Assembly: GCA_020440605.1 (NCBI GenBank)
Contig: JAGRNT010000003.1
Location: forward strand, 90,801 to 154,800
Reading direction: 5' to 3'
From: a bacterium
Lineage (GTDB): Bacteria; 4484-113; JAFGCY01
DNA: 64,000 nt
Under the pieces are notes generated by a model. That model was not told the DNA's origin. It searched no databases and saw only the letters and a list, made by a program, of their open reading frames with translations. Positions within the stretch are counted from its first letter, which is position 1. Every line of letters begins with the position of its first letter. Both the position numbers and the translations under genes were made by a program. Below, piece after piece: positions 30,110-39,545 of the stretch.

Positions 30110-32707
30110 ATGAAACGGGACAGCATCGCGGCGTTACTACTGAGAACCAGACAGCTCATCTACCCCGAGGCTGGAGGAACCAGTGGGCATCCGGAGCTCG
30201 TGGATGCGCTGGAGCTGAATCTCAGTACCCTGGGCTATGCCTTGCATACCCGGCTGCGCTCGAGGATCTCCACCCTTGACCGGCAATCCCTTGCGGCCCT
30301 GCATGATTTCATGATGTCCGAGTTGCGCAGCAGGAGTGGGGCGGATGTGCAGCACAAGGTACTGTTCCGCAGATTCCCGCAGGGTGTTCCAACGAACATG
30401 CTGGCCGCCTTATGGAAGCGCCTGCTGTTCCACTTCATCGAAAATCCCTGCCAGCAATGTCCCTTCTGTGGATCTGCCGGAACCACGCATGTCCTGAACC
30501 CCTGCCGGCATGTGGTTTGCAGCGTCTGCTTCGATGGCGGGAACTACGGCGCCTGTCCTGTCTGCGAGACGCATGTTGACATGAACTCACCGTTCTTTCT
30601 GGCAGTGCCAGCCGATCTGCGTGACCTGCCGGAGGAGCAGGTCGCCTTCAAGCTGATCCAGCTGGGCACTGACATTGACGACGATGCAAGAATGCTGTTC
30701 TCCCAGTTTTGTTCAAGGCGGACACCGCTGTCGGAATCCGACCGGCTGGATCTCAGGACTCTGACGGCATATTTCGGGGAAGACTGTCCTGCGTTGCTGC
30801 CTGATGAATTCCCCCTGCGCGAGAACATGGCGATCGTTGTCGGCACCCTCCTGCGGATGCTGGACAGTGAGGACGCAAGATCGAAGTTGACAGCCTGCAT
30901 GCGTAGCGCAACTGATGTACTGCGGGTGATTGCCGTATATTCCGGCGCTGATGCGAGTCTTGAACGGACGACCGTAACGCGTCAGGCAGTTCCCGGAAAC
31001 TCCGCAGGCAGACAGCAAGGCCTGCTTCAGAAGCTGCTCTCCACCGCCCGGACAACGCCTCCCCGTGCGCTCAACATGCGCATTGCCCGTTTCGAAGTGG
31101 CTGGCCTGCCGAGAAAACTGCGAAGGCTGTTCCTGGCAAGGCTCGAGTCCATGGACCCTGAGTCAATCCGGGAGGACATGCTCCGCCACCGCAGCTACTG
31201 GGTCTGGCTGGGGGAATTCCTGCATCCCGGCGAGTATGCCGGACGATACCCGCAGACATACGAAGCCTTCCGGTTGGTGCGCAAGCGTGACAGCACAGGT
31301 GCGGTGGTTGCGCGGCACCGCAGCTTCAGGAGCAGGCTGGAATCCGCTTTTGATCACAGTTCAGCGCGGGGAGCGCTGGAGATCCTGAAACGCCGTCCAG
31401 GGGAGTTTGCCAGGCATTATGCCAGGCTGCTGGCACTGTGTGGTGACGACGGAGAGCAGCTGGCGGTTGCCATCGGGGAATTCAGAGCAGCGCTGCCGGA
31501 AATGGCAACGCCTGTGCTGCTGACCCTGCTGGGATACCTGCCTGTCAGGCTTCGCACGGATGTTCCCCGCCTGTTCCATCCCAAGGCGAACCTCAGTGTG
31601 GCATTTTTCCAGCCAGAACATCGCGCCGCCCTGCCTGCGGAATCCGTGCGGCAGTCCGTTGAGGCAATTCGGCTGGAACTCCTGGGTCGACTCGGGCACA
31701 GCTCCACACACGATACTGTCCTGATTGACGACGCCATGACTGACATCATCATGCCGACAAGCGAACGCAGTCACAGTTCGTCAGGCATCAACCTGCCCCG
31801 CGGTTCAAGCCTGCAGCTAGATTCCGGCAGGTGGCTGCGCCTGTTCCTGCACTGGTGCGAGCCACAGGCTACTCCCGAGCGCCGTCAGACGCGCACGGAC
31901 CTGGACCTGTCCGTTGGCTTCTACAACGAATATTGGTCTCCGGTGGGGGTCTGCTCCTATTACAACCTCAGTCTGGGATTGCACAATGGCCTGCCGCTTG
32001 CCCGCAGCAGCGGTGATCTGCAGTCCGCGAACTGGCCGGATGGATCAACGGAATTCGTGGATGTGGACCTGGAGAATGCCAGGCAATGTGGCTGGCGCTA
32101 TGCCGTGATGGTCATCAACAGTTATGCTGGCCTGCCGTTCACCGAGCTTGAGCGGGCATTTGCCGGGTTCATGCTCCGGAATGACGAATTCGGCAGCCAC
32201 TTTGATCCGCGGACTGTTGTCAGCAGATTCAGTCTGGATGGCTCCAATGGAATGTTCATGCCCCTCCTGCTTGATCTGACCAGGATGCGCATGCTCTGGA
32301 TGGATACATATTCCAGGGGACAGTTAGCCTTCAACAATGTGGCGAACTCCAACAAGGCAATCACGGCGATCTGCCCGGCATTCCAGGAGTATTACGGCAG
32401 CGGTCTGCGCTGCAGTGTGCGGGATCTGATGCTGATTCGGGCTGCAGCTGCCCGGCGCGTCATTCTGCGGGGCAGCTCGATCAGAGTCATTGACCGGCAT
32501 GCGGGGGAGGCACCGGCAGAATTCCTGCAGCGGTTGATCGCTGAGGAAGGAGCAAGGACAGTGGCTGAGCTCGAACCGGAACTGCAGGGCAATATCCTGG
32601 CAACACTGCTGCACGGGGACCTGGAGCTGCCTGCAGGCAGCAGCAGCTATAGCCTGTACCCGGGAAGCCTGGCGGCCAATGTTTCCCTGGCGGACCTGAT
32701 CAGCTGA
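30110..32707 (+). CDS. MXAN_6230/SCO0854-like protein: prokaryotic RING finger, ROT/TROVE-like helical repeats, TerD-like domain
   Basis: CPFC...LNPCRHVVCSVC...CPVC RING; SATDVLRVIA; EDMLRHRSYWVWLGEFLHPGEY; RPGEFAR; LFLHWCEP...TDLDLSV...SGDLQSA...EFVDVDL...MVINSYAG. Confidence 0.85.
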   Translation: MKRDSIAALLLRTRQLIYPEAGGTSGHPELVDALELNLSTLGYALHTRLRSRISTLDRQSLAALHDFMMSELRSRSGADVQHKVLFRRFPQGVPTNMLAALWKRLLFHFIENPCQQCPFCGSAGTTHVLNPCRHVVCSVCFDGGNYGACPVCETHVDMNSPFFLAVPADLRDLPEEQVAFKLIQLGTDIDDDARMLFSQFCSRRTPLSESDRLDLRTLTAYFGEDCPALLPDEFPLRENMAIVVGTLLRMLDSEDARSKLTACMRSATDVLRVIAVYSGADASLERTTVTRQAVPGNSAGRQQGLLQKLLSTARTTPPRALNMRIARFEVAGLPRKLRRLFLARLESMDPESIREDMLRHRSYWVWLGEFLHPGEYAGRYPQTYEAFRLVRKRDSTGAVVARHRSFRSRLESAFDHSSARGALEILKRRPGEFARHYARLLALCGDDGEQLAVAIGEFRAALPEMATPVLLTLLGYLPVRLRTDVPRLFHPKANLSVAFFQPEHRAALPAESVRQSVEAIRLELLGRLGHSSTHDTVLIDDAMTDIIMPTSERSHSSSGINLPRGSSLQLDSGRWLRLFLHWCEPQATPERRQTRTDLDLSVGFYNEYWSPVGVCSYYNLSLGLHNGLPLARSSGDLQSANWPDGSTEFVDVDLENARQCGWRYAVMVINSYAGLPFTELERAFAGFMLRNDEFGSHFDPRTVVSRFSLDGSNGMFMPLLLDLTRMRMLWMDTYSRGQLAFNNVANSNKAITAICPAFQEYYGSGLRCSVRDLMLIRAAAARRVILRGSSIRVIDRHAGEAPAEFLQRLIAEEGARTVAELEPELQGNILATLLHGDLELPAGSSSYSLYPGSLAANVSLADLIS

Positions 32708-32713
32708 ATGGAC

Positions 32714-34126
32714 TCAGACCGTCTCGCGGCGCAGGCTGGCAACATGCGCGAAGGCCGCCTCGAGGTCGCGCAGGATGTCATTCGTCTCCTCGAGTCCGCA
32801 GCTCAGGCGGATCCCGCCAGGCTCCACGCCGCCTTCGGCCTGCATCTCCGGGTCCAGCGCGCTGTGTGTCATTGACGAGGGGTTCTCGATCAGGGTCTTG
32901 ACCTGTCCGAGCGAGACCGCCAGCGTGATCACGTAGCTGTTGTCAGCGACGAAGTCGATGAAGGCCTCGGCGTTCGCATTGCTGCCCGGCTCCTCCTTCA
33001 GCGTGAAGTAGAGCAGGCTGCCGGGCATGAAGGCCCCGTCGAAGTTCGTCATCTGGCGGCGCGCGACCTCGTGGTCAGGGTTGTCAGCCAGGCCCGGGTA
33101 GCGCACGCGGGAAACCAGCGGGTGCCCGCTGAGATACTCCGCCACTTTCTGCGCGTTGTACTGCATCTGGCGCATGCGCACCGGCAGGGTCGGCAGGCCG
33201 TAGACCAGCGGCGGCCAGGCGGCCTTGGGGCTGAGGCTGCCGCCGAAGTCCTTGCGGTAGAGCTTGTAGATGGGCTCCAGTTCAAGCGGGCAGATCACCA
33301 TCCCGCCCATGTCGGTGCCGAAGCCGCCGATGCCCTTGGTCAGGGAATGCACGACGACGTCGATGCCGTGCTCGCGCGGACGCTGGCAGACGGGTGTGGA
33401 GAAGGTGTTGTCACAGATCGAGTAGATGCGCTCCTCGGGGGGCCGGCGGCGGTTGACACTGTCCAGCACGTCGCTCAGGCGGCGCAGGTCGATGATCTCG
33501 AGCGTGGGGTTGACCGGGGTCTCGAGGTAGACCACGCGGGTCTCGGGGCGGATCGCGGCGGCCAGCTCATCCGGGTTGTCAGCGTCGATGAAGGTCACGT
33601 TGATCCCGAGCCGCGGATACCAGTTCTTCAGCAGCGAGGCAGTGCAGCCATAGAGACACTTGTGCGCAATCACATGCTGGCCGGTGGTGACAAGCGAGGT
33701 GATCGCGGCTGAGATCGCCGCCATTCCGGTGGAGAAGCTGATGCCGACCGCGGCACGCTCGGCCTCGGCCAGGCGGTCCTCCAGCATCGAACTCGTGGGC
33801 TCCTGCAGGCGGTCGTAGATCAGGATCTCCTGCTCCACCTCCTCCGTCGTGCCGAACTGGCAGAAGCCCTGGGCCCCGCGCTGGCCGCTGTCGAGGCGGT
33901 AGGTGGCGGAAGCGCTCATCGGCGGGACGACGTGGTGGCTGTAGTCCCAGTGCGGGCTGACCATTTCTCCGTGGATGAAGCGCGAGCGCTGGGCATAGCC
34001 GTGGCTGAAGCCCAGGTCATGCAGCGGTCCAGGCCGCGAGGGGGCATGGCCGCCGTTGCCGGCACTGCCGGCGGGAGGCATGTGGCTGTCGTCGGAACCG
34101 GACATCCCGGTGTCATCCTTGCTCAT
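32714..34126 (-). CDS. megL: Methionine gamma-lyase (PLP-dependent trans-sulfuration family)
   Basis: VVPPMSASATY, STGMAAI, LYGCT (Tyr-Gly-Cys typical of MGL), LETPVNPT, DNTFSTP, HSLTKGIGG (PLP Lys), SLG, IRLSCGLE. Start placed at MSKDDTG, uncertain. Confidence 0.82.
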   Translation of the reverse strand: MSKDDTGMSGSDDSHMPPAGSAGNGGHAPSRPGPLHDLGFSHGYAQRSRFIHGEMVSPHWDYSHHVVPPMSASATYRLDSGQRGAQGFCQFGTTEEVEQEILIYDRLQEPTSSMLEDRLAEAERAAVGISFSTGMAAISAAITSLVTTGQHVIAHKCLYGCTASLLKNWYPRLGINVTFIDADNPDELAAAIRPETRVVYLETPVNPTLEIIDLRRLSDVLDSVNRRRPPEERIYSICDNTFSTPVCQRPREHGIDVVVHSLTKGIGGFGTDMGGMVICPLELEPIYKLYRKDFGGSLSPKAAWPPLVYGLPTLPVRMRQMQYNAQKVAEYLSGHPLVSRVRYPGLADNPDHEVARRQMTNFDGAFMPGSLLYFTLKEEPGSNANAEAFIDFVADNSYVITLAVSLGQVKTLIENPSSMTHSALDPEMQAEGGVEPGGIRLSCGLEETNDILRDLEAAFAHVASLRRETV

Positions 34127-34289
34127 GGGGAACCCCGATATGAGATTGCGCGTCGTTAGCAGTGTAGCAGAATGAGGGAACGGTGGGCAGGAAGCATGCG
34201 TGATGCCACCCATCTTCCTCTGTATGAGAGAGCAGTGCTATCCTTGCATTCTGAAGAAATGATTCGCATCAAGGCGGAGCTGGCTGGAT

Positions 34290-34703
34290 ATGACTGACTG
34301 GGAAATGAAACATCTGCTGGACATCGGTACTCACTGTGAAATCTGTGCCATTCGCTTCAGTGATGACATTGTCACAATGGAGCTTATTGGGCCAAGATAT
34401 GGAGAAGAATGTCCTTTCACGATCAAGCTCATGGGAGTCAGCAAAGCTGATTTTCGCCAGGAAGTATTCATGTGCATGGGCGGAGATCCGGAGATAGCGG
34501 ATTCACGGCTGGTTAGGAATGGAGAAAAGTGGCTTTGGGAAGTATTGCTAGATGATTCCACTCTTGGTGCCAGGGTGGAATTCACTTCGTACTGGACAGA
34601 CAGGAACTGGCCGATTGGCATCAATCAGTCCATGGGCTATGACCCCGACTCAGGCACTGTTGCAAAAGCTGAGTTTCCCCGGAGGGGCTGCCTGGGTTTC
34701 TGA
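34290..34703 (+). CDS. Hypothetical protein, lower GC than neighbours
   Basis: 137-aa ORF between two minus-strand genes; no recognised motif. Confidence 0.55.
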   Translation: MTDWEMKHLLDIGTHCEICAIRFSDDIVTMELIGPRYGEECPFTIKLMGVSKADFRQEVFMCMGGDPEIADSRLVRNGEKWLWEVLLDDSTLGARVEFTSYWTDRNWPIGINQSMGYDPDSGTVAKAEFPRRGCLGF

Positions 34704-34755
34704 ATTCCCCTCGGGCTGGAATTCGGAACTTGATTGCGCGCCAATAGCATGGTTG

Positions 34756-35751
34756 TCATTCACCATCTATCAGATACTCATTCCCCACCCAGGCCCGCAG
34801 TTCATCGCGCATGCTGCCGCGGATCCGCTCCAGCAGGTCCTTGCCATGTTCAAGGAAATGCTCCTTGTCATCCTCGTTGACATACTCGGGCAGGAAATCC
34901 GGCTTCAGCAGGCGCTGGCCGCGTTCCAGCAGGATCCGTGAGCCGCTGGCCGGGGCCGGCGGCGTCAGCAGATAGGCCTGGAATTCATTGATCATCAGGG
35001 TCTCGAAGGCCGGGTCGTAATTGAGGCTGGCCAGCAGCGTGGAGAACGCCCGCCGCTCATCAGCGCTCAGCTGCTGTTGCCAGAATTCGCGGCAGCGCTG
35101 TTCATACTCCGGCTCGGTGAAGAAGATCCCATGCAGCATCTCGTGATAGAGCGCACCGCGTTCATAGCTGCGGTCAGTGCGGCCCTGCATCCCGTGGCGG
35201 GATTCACGCAGGGCCAGGCGCGAGGCAAAGGAAATCACGGCCTGCTCCCCTGTGGCATGGTACAGCTCATGCTGATGGAAACCCAGGCCCGGATCGCAGT
35301 AACACAGGGTATAGTCCAGCAGTCCAAGCTCAAGCAGACCATTGAACAGCTCCAGCTCCTCCGGATACCATTCCTGGCCGCTCTTCTGCAACTCCGAGAA
35401 GAAGCGGGCCATGTCCTGTGTGTCGTAGTCATGCGCGCCGAACAGGCCTTCGAGCGTCACACCCTGATCGCTGAACCAGGCTTCAAGTTCCACCTGTGAC
35501 ATGATCCGTCCGCGCGACTCAGCCATCTCCTGGAAGAGTGCCATGCGCGAAAGCGCACGGCTCTGGTAGAGGTAGCTGTCAAAGTGGATCACATAGACAT
35601 CCGGATGCTGCTCCCAGCGGTAGAGCGTGAAGGAATCTCGCGGGGCTTCGGAGCCGAGGATCTCAGCGAAGTCCGCCATGGGCACCGCCTGTGCCGGTCC
35701 GGCTGCCAGCAGCAGGCAGAGACTCAGAAAGATTATGGCAGCGAGGCGCAT
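34756..35751 (-). CDS. Secreted protein, possible zincin-like HExxH
   Basis: Signal peptide ending AQA; ALYHEMLHGIFF...INEFQAY; TGcTATGCT 6 nt upstream of the ATG. Confidence 0.7.
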   Translation of the reverse strand: MRLAAIIFLSLCLLLAAGPAQAVPMADFAEILGSEAPRDSFTLYRWEQHPDVYVIHFDSYLYQSRALSRMALFQEMAESRGRIMSQVELEAWFSDQGVTLEGLFGAHDYDTQDMARFFSELQKSGQEWYPEELELFNGLLELGLLDYTLCYCDPGLGFHQHELYHATGEQAVISFASRLALRESRHGMQGRTDRSYERGALYHEMLHGIFFTEPEYEQRCREFWQQQLSADERRAFSTLLASLNYDPAFETLMINEFQAYLLTPPAPASGSRILLERGQRLLKPDFLPEYVNEDDKEHFLEHGKDLLERIRGSMRDELRAWVGNEYLIDGE

Positions 35752-35773
35752 GGGATAAGCATAGCAATGAGAG

Positions 35774-35946
35774 GAGTGTGGTTAGTTGTTAGTTCTTAGT
35801 TGTTAGTCGTGATTCTGCAGTATCGAAGAAGTCGCGAAGGGTAGATTCGCAGGCCTCGCATGCGGAGATGCTATGTCTTGACGCTGAATAACTTTGCGGT
35901 GGATCTTCTGACTTACTAAGCACTAACAACTAAGTACAAACTACTC
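35774..35946. repeat. REP-like long imperfect palindrome with 7-nt periodic arms
   Basis: Left GTTAGTTGTTAGTTCTTAGTTGTTAGTC (35781-35808); right GACTTACTAAGCACTAACAACTAAG (from 35910); about 100-nt spacer. Confidence 0.75.
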
Positions 35947-37212
35947 AAATACCCTCAGTATCTCGCCCATCGAGTAGATGCTGCCGCAGATCACCAGCGG
36001 CGCTTCCGCAGTGGCGGACAGCAGGGCGTGCTCCACGGATTCGATCCACTGCGTGCGGTTGTCAGGCGGATCCAGCTCGGTGATGTGGCCCACCTCATAC
36101 TCCTGCGGCACCTGTGACAGTTCGAAACCCTCCGGCAGTGACAGGGGAATGCCGAGCTGCTCGGCGGCATCCGCAATCCTGCCAACGGGACAGGGTCGCA
36201 GCACGGGGATCTCAACGGGAGTCAGGCGGGAGATCACCGGCCTGAGGATCCCGAGCATCTCCAGCGGCTCACGCGTGTTCTGGCAGGAGAAGATGAATGG
36301 CAGTGGACCGCCGTAGTCGGCCGCGATGCGTTTTGCCAGCATGGAGAGGGCATCGGCATTGTGCGCGCTGTCCAGCAGCACATGTTGCCCCCGGAGCAGG
36401 CGGCGCTCCAGCCGTCCGGGATGTCGCAGCGTGCGCGCAGCCTCGAACAGCTCCTCCTCGTCCATTCCGAACCCGAGCGGCTCCAGCTCGCGGTTGACAG
36501 CCAGCAGCAGCGCCGGCAGCAGGCTGCCCGCTTCCTGCTCCGCCGGCAAGGCGATGTAGCGGGCCTCCTCGGCATGCGCATGCATCCTGACAACCGACTC
36601 GTAGCGGTTGTAGGCTTCCTCGTTGCCAACCAGGCAGGGGCCGAGGATCAGGGGCCGCCCGCTGCGGGCGATGCCGGCCTTGTCAGCGGCGATCAGTTCC
36701 ACGGTATTTCCTAGGATCTGCTGGTGGTCCAGCCCGACATGGGTCAGCACGGAGATCTGCGGATCGAGCAGGTTGCAGGCATCATGCGTGCCACCCAGCC
36801 CGACCTCCCAGATGGCAATCTCGCAGCCTTCGCGCTCGAACAGCATCGCACCGAGCAGTACATTGGCCTCGAAGAAGCTGATCTCCTCGCCGCTCTGCTC
36901 AATCAGGTCACAGGCGCGGTTGGCAGCCCAGCTGAACTGCTCCCCGTTGATGTCGCTGTCATCGATGCGCCAGCGCTCACGGATGCTCACCAGATGCGGT
37001 TTGACGAAGGCGGCGGTCCTCCAGCGCGTTGACAGCGCGCGGCTCAGGGCGCAGACCAGACTGCCCTTGCCGTTGGTGCCGCCCACAAGTACCACCGGGC
37101 AGCTGCGCTCAGGGTTGCCGGCGAGGGCCAGCACGCGCTCCAGCCTGTCACGGCCGAAGACCATCCGCCCGGGTCCGAGTGCGTAGAGCCTGCGCAATGC
37201 CTGTTCAAACAC
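35941..37212 (-). CDS. folC: Folylpolyglutamate synthase/dihydrofolate synthase
   Basis: GGTNGKGS, PHLVSIRER, SFFE, EVGLGG..DACN, VGLDHQQILG, DKAGI, PGRLE, DSAHN, GSIY. GTG start chosen because TGcTATCGT lies 7 nt upstream. Confidence 0.9.
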   Translation of the reverse strand: MFEQALRRLYALGPGRMVFGRDRLERVLALAGNPERSCPVVLVGGTNGKGSLVCALSRALSTRWRTAAFVKPHLVSIRERWRIDDSDINGEQFSWAANRACDLIEQSGEEISFFEANVLLGAMLFEREGCEIAIWEVGLGGTHDACNLLDPQISVLTHVGLDHQQILGNTVELIAADKAGIARSGRPLILGPCLVGNEEAYNRYESVVRMHAHAEEARYIALPAEQEAGSLLPALLLAVNRELEPLGFGMDEEELFEAARTLRHPGRLERRLLRGQHVLLDSAHNADALSMLAKRIAADYGGPLPFIFSCQNTREPLEMLGILRPVISRLTPVEIPVLRPCPVGRIADAAEQLGIPLSLPEGFELSQVPQEYEVGHITELDPPDNRTQWIESVEHALLSATAEAPLVICGSIYSMGEILRVFE

Positions 37213-37237
37213 GGCGCTGACGATAGCATCCGCCGGC

Positions 37238-39448
37238 CTACTCCTGTGGGATGTTGCCGCGCACGGCGTAGACCTTCTTCGTGATGCGGTCGGCAACCAT
37301 GAACACCGGGCGGTCATCGAGGATCTTCAGGTCGCATCTTTCGTAGGCATCGATCTCGCCGATCTTCATCAGCTGTGTCTCCCAGACGCCGCCGCTGCGC
37401 AGCACTGAGCAGTACCAGTCGCGGGTGCTGCCGCCCATGTAGACACAGACCACGCTGTCACGGAAGGGCTCCATGCGCACATTGCGTCCGGCGGGATAGT
37501 CATCCTGGTCGCGGATCACATTTGTGTCCCAGTACTCGCCGCTGCCTTCCTCAAGGAAGTAGATGTTCTGTTCGCCGCCATGGTATCCGGGTGCCACCCA
37601 GTGATCAGCCATGCGCTCCAGGTCGGTGTAGATCCCGAGCGTCACGCCCTCCGGATTGTCAGTCACACGTGTGAATCCATCCAGCTCGGACCAGAGGTAG
37701 AGCTGACGGTCGGTGAAATCAAAGCAGGACGCGTACAGGTCACCATCCAGGACCTCGAGGTCGAACTCGATCGGCAAACCGAAGGGCACGGCACGGATCG
37801 TCTGCTTGTTCCAGGGCTTGGCACTGCCGAAGGCCCGGGAATAGGTGCAGTACTGGCCAAGATAGAAGTCCAGCCCGCTGGCCACATATCCGTTGTCCGA
37901 AATTGCCACACTGCCGTACAGACCGGCGGAAGGGGCATCGAACTGTCCGCTGGCTGTTCCCTCATCAATCAGCTCAACCGTCCATCCAACGCCGGGAGCG
38001 CCGATGGCGGCCCAGTAGTCATTGTGATGGCGGGTCACGGATGCGATCAGGTAGGTACCGTTGCTGTAGTCGATGTCCAGCACTCCCGTGAATCCCCCGG
38101 CGGAGATCCACTCGCCGATATAGCTGTTGTAGTATTCAATGCTGTGGTCAAGTGCCGTGCTCTCAACGGTCCAGGGCTGGGCCTCGCCGCCGTTGATGGC
38201 AACGTGCACCACGTTATCATTGAGGTAGGAGCAGCAGATCTTGCCATCGGCAATGACTGCGGACACCGGCTCCGTACCGTCCCCGATCTCCTCCACGTCA
38301 AACCATTCCCACTGGTCGCCGGTCAGGCAGGGCAGGGCTTCGGTCATGCGTCCCAGTGCGCCGCTCTGGCGTGCTGCCATGCGGATGTAGTAGAGCCGCC
38401 CGGGATTGAGTCCGGCATACTTGTAGCTGCGGGCTCCGCCCTGGGCAATGATCTTCTCCTCGGTCGGTGCCTCGAGATTGAAATCCCGGCCATTGGCGAG
38501 GAACACGGACCAGCCCTGGGGGTTGGCCTGGCTCCAGTCCCAGGCGAATTCGATGAAGTCGTCACCGGCATCCAGCAGGCGCAGGTTCTGCGGTGCCGGC
38601 AGGTCAGCTGCCGGAACGAAGACACTGGCGGTGTTGCTGTAGGCACTTTCAATGGCGGCGACGGCGGTGACCCGGTAGAAGTACATCTCACCGCTGATCA
38701 GCCAGTCATCAGCATATGCCGCCTCAGTGAGCAGATCCTCATTCAGCTTGATCGGATTGGTGAACTTGGGGTCATAGGCACGGTAGAGGTTGTAGCCTGC
38801 GGCGCCCGCCACCCCCAGCCAGCTCAGGTTGACCAGTCCAGGTTCAGCGTTGGCAGCCAGTCCGGCCGGAGCTTCCAGATCCGTGGCGCCGCGGCGGCCG
38901 ATGGTCAGGGAGTAGACCTTCGATTTGCCCTCGCCGGTGCGCAGGACGAGCACATAGCAGTTGCCGGTCGGTGAAACGTAGTTGCCGCCTTCCGGGAACT
39001 CAAAGCCGTAGTCATCCCGGCCGGACTGCGAGAAGACCCAGCGATCCAGGTTGAAGTCCGCCACTGCGAGCCAGACCTGGCAGGCGGTGGCATCCTCGGT
39101 CCAGAAGGAGCAGAAGGCATTGCCAGGCAGGACCTGGCCGAAGCCAGCAAGGGCGTAGATGCCCCAGGCATTGTCGGGCCCGTTGATTTCCAGCGTGCTG
39201 CCGATTTCCTCGGCATTGTCACTCTTCTCGGACCAATCGCGGCCCTGCAGGGTCACGGTATCGTCACTCACGCTGCGCTCTGCCGCCAGCTGCTCGTCCG
39301 GGAATGCCGGCAGGCCCGCGGAGAATTCAGGCAACTGAATGGAAGGTGATGCGCTGTCAGCCGGCAGGAGCTGATCCGCATTCCTGCCTCCGCCGCATGA
39401 AGCAATTACCAGCAGCACGAATGCTGCAACAGCCAGCAGTCTCGCCAT
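37238..39448 (-). CDS. Lipoprotein: N module, two FN3, propeller-like C-terminus
   Basis: LLVIASC lipobox; LAVADFNLDRWVF; LSWLGVAGAAGYNLY; YYIRMAA. Confidence 0.85.
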   Translation of the reverse strand: MARLLAVAAFVLLVIASCGGGRNADQLLPADSASPSIQLPEFSAGLPAFPDEQLAAERSVSDDTVTLQGRDWSEKSDNAEEIGSTLEINGPDNAWGIYALAGFGQVLPGNAFCSFWTEDATACQVWLAVADFNLDRWVFSQSGRDDYGFEFPEGGNYVSPTGNCYVLVLRTGEGKSKVYSLTIGRRGATDLEAPAGLAANAEPGLVNLSWLGVAGAAGYNLYRAYDPKFTNPIKLNEDLLTEAAYADDWLISGEMYFYRVTAVAAIESAYSNTASVFVPAADLPAPQNLRLLDAGDDFIEFAWDWSQANPQGWSVFLANGRDFNLEAPTEEKIIAQGGARSYKYAGLNPGRLYYIRMAARQSGALGRMTEALPCLTGDQWEWFDVEEIGDGTEPVSAVIADGKICCSYLNDNVVHVAINGGEAQPWTVESTALDHSIEYYNSYIGEWISAGGFTGVLDIDYSNGTYLIASVTRHHNDYWAAIGAPGVGWTVELIDEGTASGQFDAPSAGLYGSVAISDNGYVASGLDFYLGQYCTYSRAFGSAKPWNKQTIRAVPFGLPIEFDLEVLDGDLYASCFDFTDRQLYLWSELDGFTRVTDNPEGVTLGIYTDLERMADHWVAPGYHGGEQNIYFLEEGSGEYWDTNVIRDQDDYPAGRNVRMEPFRDSVVCVYMGGSTRDWYCSVLRSGGVWETQLMKIGEIDAYERCDLKILDDRPVFMVADRITKKVYAVRGNIPQE

Positions 39449-39545
39449 ACTAACCCCCAGATTAGCCGGTTGCGGATGACGGCCCGTAGCCTCCGCTCTC
39501 AGAGATTATCCACAATTTCCGTGCCAGGGTGCAATGCCCCGTGGA

